DNA of 64,000 bases from the human T2T-CHM13v2.0 reference genome, Homo sapiens. A model generated the notes under the pieces. That model was not told the origin of the DNA. It saw only the letters and a program-made list of their open reading frames with translations, and made no database searches. The stretch lies in the NCBI RefSeq assembly GCF_009914755.1, contig NC_060939.1. One strand, written 5' to 3'. Every line of letters starts with the position of its first letter. Position 1 is the stretch's first letter. Below are positions 1 through 10,424 of the stretch, in pieces. The position numbers were made by a program, and so were the translations under genes.

Positions 1-168
1 CTCCATTCCATTCTATTACTTTCATTTCCATTCAATTCCATTCCATTTGATTCCATTCCACTCGGTTTCATTCCATTTGAGTCCACTCCATTCCATTCCA
101 TTCCATTCCATTCAGTTCCATTCCATTCTGTTCCATTCCATTCCATTCCATTGCATTCCATTCCATTC

Positions 169-1972
169 GGTACCATTCCATATTGTTCCATTCGATTCCA
201 TTCGAATCCATTCCATTCCAGTCCATTCCATTCGATTCCATTCCATTCCTTTCCATTCCATTCCATTCCATTCCATTCCACTTGATTCCACTCCATTCCC
301 TTCCACTGCATTCCATTCGATTCCATTCCATTGCATTGCATTCCATTCCATTGGACTGCATTCCATTCGATTCCATTCCATTCGAATCAATTACATAGCA
401 ATCCATTACATTCGAGTCTATTCTATTCCGTTCCATTCGATTTCGTTCCAATCCATTCGATTCCATTCCATTCGATTCCATTCCATACTATTGCATTCCA
501 TTCTATTACATTATATTCGAATAAGTTCCATTCAAGACCATTTCTTTTGAGTCCATTCTATTTGAGTCCATTCCCTTTGATTCCATAACATTTGAGTCCA
601 TTCAATTCCATTCCTTTCGTTTGCATTCCATTTGATGCCATTCCATTCAATTCTGTTCTACTCGACTCCAATACATTCAATTCCATTCCATCCGATTCCA
701 TTACATTCTTTTCATTTCTTATCCATTTCAAGCCATTCCACTCCATTCCATTCCACTCGTTTCCTTTCCATTCGAGTCCATTCCTCTCCAGTCCATTCCG
801 TTCAATCCATTCCATTCCAGTCCATTCCATTCGAGTCCGTTCCATTCCAGTCCATTCCATTCGAGTCAATTCCATTCCATTCGATGTCTTTCCATAACGA
901 TCCATTCCATTCTATTCCTTTCGATTGCATTCCATTCTATTTCATTCCATTCGATTCCCTTCCATTGGACTCCTTTCCATTCGAGTGCATTCCATTCCGT
1001 TCCATTTCTTTCCGTTCTGTACGATTCCTACCGTTCGATTTCATTTTGTTCCAGTCCATTCCTTTCGCGTCCATTCCATTCCATTTCACTCCATTCGATT
1101 CCATTCCACTCGATTCCACTTCGTTCCATTTCATTGCATTCCATTCTATTCAACTCTATTGCCTTCCATTCCATTCCATTCGATTACATTCCATGCGATT
1201 CCATTCGAAATCGAATCAATTACGTTGCAATCCATTACTATTGAGTCCATTTTATTCCAGTCCACTGCATTCTGGTCCATTCCATTTGATTCCATTCCAT
1301 TCTATTCCATTCCATACAGTTGAATTTCATTGGATTCCATTCTATATCTATAAATTCAATTCGAGACCATTGCTTTTGAATCCATTCCATATGATTCCAT
1401 TCCATTCAAGTCCATTACATTTGATTCAATTCCATTCCATTCCATTCCCTTCCATTCCATTCCAGTTGATATCAATCCATTCGATTCCATTCCATTCGAG
1501 CACATTCCATTTGAGTCCATTCCATTCGATGCCATTCCATTTGATTCTATTCCATTAGTCTCCATTCAATTCCATTAATCTCCATTCCATTCCATTCTAC
1601 TCCAACTGATTCCATTCCATTCTATTCCTTTCCATTCCATTTCATTCCATTCCATTCCATTTCATTCCATTCCATTCCATTCGCTTCCATTCCATTCGTG
1701 TCCATTCCACTCCAGTCCATTCCATTCGTGTCCATTCCATTCCAGTCCATTCCATTTGTGTCCACTGCGTTCCATTCCACTCCATTCCATATTATTCCAT
1801 TACACTCCATTCCATTCTATTACTTTCATTTCCATTCAATTCCATTCCATTTGATTCCATTCCACTCGGTTTCATTCCATTTGAGTCCACTCCATTCCAT
1901 TCCATTCCATTCCATTCAGTTCCATTCCATTCCATTCCATTCCATTCCGTTCCATTGCATTCCATTCCATTC
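169..1972 (+). repeat. Representative full 1804-bp unit (KpnI to KpnI)
   Basis: GGTACC at 169-174 and 1973-1978. The unit contains a GATC near 899, TATAAAT at 1349, the palindrome TTGATATCAA (EcoRV) at 1466-1475, and a 30-bp GTGTCC triplet at ~1695-1770. Confidence 0.95.
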
Positions 1973-2889
1973 GGTACCATTCCATATTGTTCCATTCGAT
2001 TCCATTCGAATCCATTCCATTCCAGTCCATTCCATTCGATTCCATTCCATTCCTTTCAATTCCATTCCATTCCATTCCATTCCACTTGATTCCACTCCAT
2101 TCCCTTCCACTGCATTCCATTCGATTCCATTCCATTGCATTGCATTCCATTCCATTGGACTGCATTCCATTCGATTCCATTCCATTCGAATCAATTACAT
2201 AGCAATCCATTACATTCGAGTCTATTCTATTCCGTTCCATTCGATTTCGTTCCAATCCATTCGATTCCATTCCATTCGATTCCATTCCATACTATTGCGT
2301 TCCATTCGATTACATTATATTCGAATAAGTTCCATTCAAGACCATTTCTTTTGAGTCCATTCTATTTGAGTCCATTCCGTTTGATTCCATAACATTTGAG
2401 TCCATTCAATTCCATTCCTTTCGTTTCCATTCCATTTGATGCCATTCCATTCAATTCTGTTTTACTCGACTCCAATACATTCAATTCCATTCCATCCGAT
2501 TCCATTACATTCTTTTCATTTCTTATCCATTTCAAGCCATTCCACTCCATTCCATTCCACTCGTTTCCTTTCCATTCGAGTCCATTCCTCTCCAGTCCAT
2601 TCCGTTCAATCCATTCCATTCCAGTCCATTCCATTCGAGTCCGTTCCATTCCAGTCCATTCCATTCGAGTCAATTCCATTCCATTCGATGTCTTTCCATA
2701 ACGATCCATTCCATTCTATTCCTTTCGATTCCATTCCATTCTATTTCATTCCATTCGATTCCCTTCCATTGGACTCCTTTCCATTCGAGTGCATTCCATT
2801 CCTTTCCATTTCTTTCCATTCTGTACGATTCCTACCGTTCGATTTCATTTTGTTCCAGTCCATTCATTTCGCGTCCATTCCATTCCATT

Positions 2890-3830
2890 TCACTCCATTC
2901 GATTCCATTCCACTCGATTCCACTTCGTTCCATTTCATTGCATTCCATTCTATTCAACTCTATTGCCTTCCATTCCATTCCATTCGATTACATTCCATGC
3001 GATTCCATTCGAAATCGAATCAATTACATTGCAATCCATTACTATTGAGTCCGTTTTATTCCAGTCCACTGCATTCTGGTCCATTCCATTTGATTCCATT
3101 CCATTCTATTCCATTCCATACAGTTGCATTCCATTGGATTCCATGCTATATCTATAAATTCAATTCGAGACCATTGCTTTTGAGTCCATTCTATATGATT
3201 CCATTCCATTCAAGTCCATTACATTTGGTTCAATTCCATTCCATTCCATTCCCTTCCATTCCATTCCAGTTGATATCAATCCATTCGATTCCATTCCATT
3301 CGAGCACATTCCATTCGAGTCCATTCCATTCGATGCCATTCCATTTGATTCTATTCCATTAGTCTCCATTCAATTCCATTAATCTCCATTCCATTCCATT
3401 CTACTCCAACTGATTCCATTCCATTCTATTCCTTTCCATTCCATTTCATTCCATTCCATTCCATTTCATTCCATTCCATTCCATTCGTGTCCATTCCACT
3501 CCAGTCCATTCCACTCGTGTCCATTCCATTCCAGTCCATTCCATTTGTGTCCACTGCATTCCATTCCACTCCATTCCATATTATTCCATTACACTCCATT
3601 CCATTCTATTACTTTCATTTCCATTCAATTCCATTCCATTTGATTCCATTCCACTCGGTTTCATTCCATTTGAGTCCACTCAATTCCATTCCATTCCATT
3701 CCATTCAGTTCCATTCCATTCTGTTCCATTCCATTCCGTTCCATTACATTCCATTCCATTCGGTACCATTCCATATTGTTCCATTCGATTCCATTCGAAT
3801 CCATTCCATTCCAGTCCATTCCATTCGATT
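2890..3830 (+). repeat. Truncated 941-bp unit (about 850 bp missing; junction at ~3830)
   Basis: At 3821-3840, CCATTCGATT|TCACTCCATT jumps from the post-KpnI region straight to sequence equivalent to 2890. Landmarks at 3160 and 4101 are 941 bp apart. Confidence 0.93.
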
Positions 3831-6800
3831 TCACTCCATTCGATTCCATTCCACTCGATTCCACTTCGTTCCATTTCATTGCATTCCATTCTATTCAACT
3901 CTATTGCCTTCCATTCCATTCCATTCGATTACATTCCATGCGATTCCATTCGAAATCGAATCAATTACATTGCAATCCATTACTATTGAGTCCATTTTAT
4001 TCCAGTCCACTGCATTCTGGTCCATTCCATTTGATTCCATTCCATTCTATTCCATTCCATACAGTTGCATTCCATTGGATTCCATGCTATATCTATAAAT
4101 TCAATTCGAGACCATTGCTTTTGAGTCCATTCTATATGATTCCATTCCATTCAAGTCCATTACATTTCGTTCAATTCCATTCCATTCCATTCCCTTCCAT
4201 TCCATTCCAGTTGATATCAATCCATTCGATTCCATTCCATTCGAGCACATTCCATTCGAGTCCATTCCATTCGATGCCATTCCATTTGATTCTATTCCTT
4301 TAGTCTCCATTCAATTCCATTAATCTCCATTCCATTCCATTCTACTCCAGCTGATTCCATTCCATTCTATTCCTTTCCATTCCATTTCATTCCATTCCAT
4401 TCCATTTCATTCCATTCCATTCCATTCGCTTCCATTCCATTCGTGTCCATTCCACTCCAGTCCATTCCATTCGTGTCCATTCCATTCCAGTCCATTCCAT
4501 TTGTGTCCACTGCATTCCATTCCACTCCATTCCATATTATTCCATTACACTCCATTCCATTCTATTACTTTCATTTCCATTCAATTCCATTCCATTTGAT
4601 TCCATTCCACTCGGTTTCATTCCATTTGAGTCCACTCAATTCCATTCCATTCCATTCCATTCCATTCAGTTCCATTCCATTCTGTTCCATTCCATTCCGT
4701 TCCATTGCATTCCATTCCATTCGGTACCATTCCATATTTTTCCATTCGATTCCATTCGAATCCATTCCATTCCAGTCCATTCCATTCGATTCCATTCCAT
4801 TCATTTCAATTCCATTCCATTCCATTCCATTCCACTTGATTCCACTCCATTCCCTTCCACTGCATTCCATTCGATTCCATTCCATTGCATTGCATTCCAT
4901 TCCATTGGACTGCATTCCATTCGATTCCATTCCATTCGAATCAATTACATAGCAATCCATTACATTCGAGTCTATTCTATTCCGTTCCATTCGATTTCAT
5001 TCCAATCCATTCGATTCCATTCCATTCGATTCCATTCCATACTATTGCATTCCATTCTATTACATTATATTCGAATAAGTTCAATTCAAGACCATTTCTT
5101 TTGAGTCCATTCTATTTGAGTCCATTCCCTTTGATTCCATAACATTTGAGTCCATTCAATTCCATTCCTTTCGTTTCCATTCCATTTGATGCCATTCCAT
5201 TCAATTCTGTTCTACTCGACTCCAATACATTCAATTCCATTCCATCCGATTCCATTACATTCTTTTCATTTCTTATCCATTTCAAGCCATTCCACTCAAT
5301 TCCATTCCACCCGTTTCCTTTCCATTCGAGTCCATTCCTCTCCAGTCCATTCCGTTCAATCCATTCCATTCCAGTCCATTCCATTCGAGTCCGTTCCATT
5401 CCAGTCCATTCCATTCGAGTCAATTCCATTCCATTCGATGTCTTTCCATAACGATCCATTCCATTCTATTCCTTTCGATTCCATTCCATTCTATTTCATT
5501 CCATTCGATTCCCTTCCATTGGACTCCTTTCCATTCGAGTGCATTCCATTCCGTTCCATTTCTTTCCGTTCTGTACGATTCCTACCGTTTGATTTCATTT
5601 TGTTCCAGTCCATTCCTTTCGCGTCCATTCCATTCCATTTCACTCCATTCGATTCCATTCCACTCGATTCCACTTCGTTCCATTTCATTGCATTCCATTC
5701 TATTCAACTCTATTGCCTTCCATTCCATTCCATTCGATTACATTCCATGTGATTCCATTCGAAATCGAATCAATTACATTGCAATCCATTACTATTGAGT
5801 CCGTTTTATTCCAGTCCACTGCATTCTGGTCCATTCCATTTGATTCCATTCCATTTTATTCCATTCCATACAGTTGCATTCCATTGGATTCCATGCTATA
5901 TCTATAAATTAAATTCGGGACCATTGCTTTTGAGTCCATTCTATATGATTCCATTCCATTCAAGTCCATTACATTTGGTTCCATTCCATTCCATTCCATT
6001 CCCTTCCATTCCATTCCATTTGATATCAATCCATTCGATTCCATTCCATTCGAGCACATTCCATTCGAGTCCATTCCATTCGATGCCATTCCATTTGATT
6101 CTATTCCATTAGTCTCCATTCAATTCCATTAATCTCCATTCCATTTTATTCTACTCCAACTGATTCCATTCCATTCTATTCCTTTCCATTCCATTTCATT
6201 CCATTCCATTCCATTTCATTCCATTCCATTCCATTCGTGTCCATTCCACTCCAGTCCATTCCATTCGTGTCCATTCCATTCCAGTCCATTCCATTTGTGT
6301 CCACTGCATTCCATTCCACTCCATTCCATATTATTCCATTACACTCCATTCCATTCTATTACTTTCATTTCCATTCAATTCCATTCCATTTGATTCCATT
6401 CCACTCGGTTTCATTCCATTTGAGTCCACTCAATTCCATTCCATTCCATTCCATTCAGTTCCATTCCATTCTGTTCCATTCCATTCCGTTCCATTACATT
6501 CCATTCCATTCGGTACCATTCCATATTGTTCCATTCGATTCCATTCGAATCCATTCCATTCCAGTCCATTCCATTCGATTCCATTCCATTCATTTCAATT
6601 CCATTCCATTCCATTCCATTCCATTACATTCCACTTGATTCCTCTCCATTCCCTTCCACTGCATTCCGTTCGATTCCATTCCATTGCATTGCATTCCATT
6701 CCATTGGATTGCATTCCATTCGATTCCATTCCATTTGAATCAATTACATAGCAATCCATTACATTCGAGTCTATTCTATTCCGTTCCATTCGATTTCGTT

Positions 6801-9764
6801 CCATTCCATTCGATTCCATTCCATTCGATTCCATTCCATACTATTGCATTCCATTCGATTACATTATATTCGAATAAGTTCCATTCAAGACCATTTCTTT
6901 TGAGTCCATTCTATTTGAGTCCATTCCCTTTGATTCCATAACATTTGAGTCCATTCAATTCCATTCCTTTCGTTTGCATTCCATTTGATGCCATTCCATT
7001 CAATTCTGTTCTACTCGACTCCAATACATTCAATTCCATTCCATCCGATTCCATTACATTCTTTTCATTTCTTATCCATTTCAAGCCATTCCACTCCATT
7101 CCATTCCACTCGTTTCCTTTCCATTCGAGTCCATTCCTCTCCAGTCCATTCCGTTCAATCCATTCCATTCCAGTCCATTCCATTCGAGTCCGTTCCATTC
7201 CAGTCCAATCCATTCGAGTCACTTCCATCCCATTTGATGTCTTTCCATAACGATCCATTCCATTCTATTCCTTTTGATTCCATTTCATTCTATTTCATTC
7301 CATTCGATTCCCTTCCATTGGACTCCTTTCCATTCGAGTGCATTCCATTCCGTTCCATTTCTTTCCGTTCTGTACGATTCCTACCGTTCGATTTCATTTT
7401 GTTCCAGTCCATTCCTTTCGCGTCCATTCCATTCCATTTCACTCCATTCGATTCCATTCCACTCGATTCCACTTCGTTCCATTTCATTGCATTCCATTCT
7501 ATTCAACTCTATTGCCTTCCATTCCATTCCATTCGATTACATTCCATGCGATTCCATTCGAAATCGAATCAATTACATTGCAATCCATTACTATTGAGTC
7601 CATTTTATTCCAGTCCACTGCATTCTGGTCCATTCCATTTGATTCCATTCCATTTTATTCCATTCCATACAGTTGCATTCCATTGGATTCCATGCTATAT
7701 CTATAAATTCAATTCGAGACCATTGCTTTTGAGTCCATTCTATATGTTTCCATTCCATTCAAGTCCATTACATTTGGTTCAATTCCATTCCATTCCATTC
7801 CCTTCCATTCCATTCCAGTTGATATGAATCCATTCGATTCCATTCCATTCGAGCACATTCCATTCGAGTCCATTCCATTCGATGCCATTCCATTTGATTC
7901 TATTCCATTAGTCTCCATTCAATTCCATTAATCTCCATTCCATTCCATTCTACTCCAACTGATTCCATTCCATTCTATTCCTTTCCATTCCATTTCATTC
8001 CATTCCATTCCATTTCATTCCATTCCATTCCATTCGCTTCCATTCCATTCGTGTCCATTCCACTCCAGTCCATTCCATTTGTGTCCACTGCATTCCATTC
8101 CACTCCATTCCATATTATTCCATTACACTCCATTCCATTCTATTACTTTCATTTCCATTCAATTCCATTCCATTTGATTCCATTCCACTCGGTTTCATTC
8201 CATTTGAGTCCACTCCATTCCATTCCATTCCATTCCATTCAGTTCCATTCTATTCTGTTCCATTCCATTCCGTTCCATTGCATTCCATTCCATTCGGTAC
8301 CATTCCATATTGTTCCATTCGATTCCATTCGAATCCATTCCATTCCAGTCCATTCCATTCGATTCCATTCCATTCCTTTCCATTCCATTCCATTCCATTC
8401 CATTCCATTCCATTCCATTCCACTTGATTCCACTCCATTCCCTTCCACTGCATTCCATTCGATTCCATTCCATTGCATTGCATTCCATTCCATTGGACTG
8501 CATTCCATTCGATTCCATTCCATTCGAATCAATTACATAGCAATCCATTACATTCGAGTCTATTCTATTCCGTTCCATTAGATTTCGTTCCAATCCATTC
8601 GATTCCATTCCATTCGATTCCATTCCATACTATTGCATTCCATTCGATTACATTATATTCGAATAAGTTCCATTCAAGACCATTTCTTTTGAGTCCATTC
8701 TATTTGAGTCCATTCCCTTTGATTCCATAACATTTGAGTCCATTCAATTCCATTCCTTTCGTTTCCATTCCATTTGATGCCATTCCATTCAATTCTGTTC
8801 TACTCGACTCCAATACATTCAATTCCATTCCATCCGATTCCATTACATTCTTTTCATTTCTTATCCATTTCAAGCCATTCCACTCCATTCCATTCCACTC
8901 GTTTCCTTTCCATTCGAGTCCATTCCTCTCCAGTCCATTCCGTTCAATCCATTCCATTCCAGTCCATTCCATTCGAGTCCGTTCCATTCCAGTCCATTCC
9001 ATTCGAGTCAATTCCATTCCATTCGATGTCTTTCCATAACGATCCATTCCATTCTATTCCTTTCGATTCCATTCCATTCTATTTCATTCCATTCGATTCC
9101 CTTCCATTGGACTCCTTTCCATTCGAGTGCATTCCATTCCGTTCCATTTCTTTCCGTTCTGTACGATTCCTACCGTTCGATTTCATTTTGTTCCAGTCCA
9201 ATCCTTTCGCGTCCATTCCATTCCATTTCACTCCATTCGATTCCATTCCACTCGATTCCACTTCGTTCCATTTCATTGCATTCCATTCTATTCAACTCTA
9301 TTGCCTTCCATTCCATTCCATTCGATTACATTCCATGCGATTCCATTCGAAATCGAATCAATTACATTGCAATCCATTACTATTGAGTCCATTTTATTCC
9401 AGTCCACTGCATTCTGGTCCATTCCATTTGATTCCATTCCATTCTATTCCATTCCATACAGTTGCATTCCATTGGATTCCATTCTATATCTATAAATTCA
9501 ATTCGAGACCATTGCTTTTGAGTCCATTCTATATGATTCCATTCCATTCAAGTCCATTACATTTGGTTCAATTCCATTCCATTCCATTCCCTTCCATTCC
9601 ATTCCAGTTGATATCAATCCATTCGATTCCATTCCATTCGAGCACATTCCATTCGAGTCCATTCCATTCGATGCCATTCCATTTGATTCTATTCCACTAG
9701 TCTCCATTCAATTCCATTAATCTCCATTCCATTCCATTCTACTCCAACTGATTCCATTCCATTC

Positions 9765-10424
9765 TATTCCTTTCCATTCCATTTCATTCCATTCCATTCC
9801 ATTTCATTCCATTCCATTCCATTCGCTTCCATTCCATTCGTGTCCATTCCACTCCAGTCCATTCCATTCGTGTCCATTCCATTCCAGTCCATTCCATTTG
9901 TGTCCACTGCATTCCATTCCACTCCATTCCATATTATTCCATTACACTCCATTCCATTCTATTACTTTCATTTCCATTCAATTCCATTCCATTTGATTCC
10001 ATTCCACTCGGTTTCATTCCATTTGAGTCCACTCCATTCCATTCCATTCCATTCCATTCAGTTCCATTCCATTCTGTTCCATCCCATTCCGTTCCATTGC
10101 ATTCCATTCCATTCGGTACCATTCCATATTGTTCCATTCGATTCCATTCGAATCCATTCCATTCCAGTCCATTCCATTCGATTCCATTCCATTCCTTTCA
10201 ATTCCATTCCATTCCATTCCATTCACCTTGATTCCACTCCATTCCCTTCCACTGCATTCCATTCGATTCCATTCCATTGCATTGCATTCCATTCCATTGG
10301 ACTGCATTCCATTCGATTCCATTCCATTCGAATCAATTACATAGCAATCCATTACATTCGAGTCTATTCTATTCCGTTCCATTCGATTTCGTTCCAATCC
10401 ATTCGATTCCATTCCATTCGATTC
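9765..10424 (+). repeat. Truncated 660-bp unit (junction at ~10423)
   Basis: KpnI sites at 10115 and 10775 and TGTCC landmarks at 9841 and 10501 are each 660 bp apart. After GTTCCAATCC...CG at 10420 the sequence restarts at the ATTCCTTTCC segment equivalent to ~9766. Confidence 0.93.

Noticed and set aside
558-905. Minus-strand ORFs (MEWNG repeats)
   Set aside because: GAATG contains ATG every 5 bp and reads MEWNG. This is a well-known spurious satellite translation.
1200-1225. Heat-shock elements (HSF1-driven satellite III transcription)
   Set aside because: GAA/TTC triplets are abundant but mostly in direct orientation. I saw no canonical alternating nGAAnnTTCnnGAAn array, and the best-known HSF1 target is the chr9q12 array.
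1349-1355. TATAAAT once per unit as a TATA-box promoter
   Set aside because: It is the diverged homologue of GAATAAGT in the other half-unit. There is no other promoter evidence, and sequence alone cannot support a function.
1466-1475. Palindrome TTGATATCAA (12 bp at 31800-31811) as a binding site or hairpin
   Set aside because: It is too short, and its recurrence is explained by unit amplification.
632-1558. Recurrent 308-aa ORF and all other + strand ORFs (IPFHS repeats)
   Set aside because: (CATTC)n has no stop codon in any frame and translates as IPFHS repeats. Starts are TTG/GTG calls, there is no domain-like sequence, and the copies recur only because the unit is repeated. Stops and frameshifts occur freely (5750, ~7825, 44062, ~46130).
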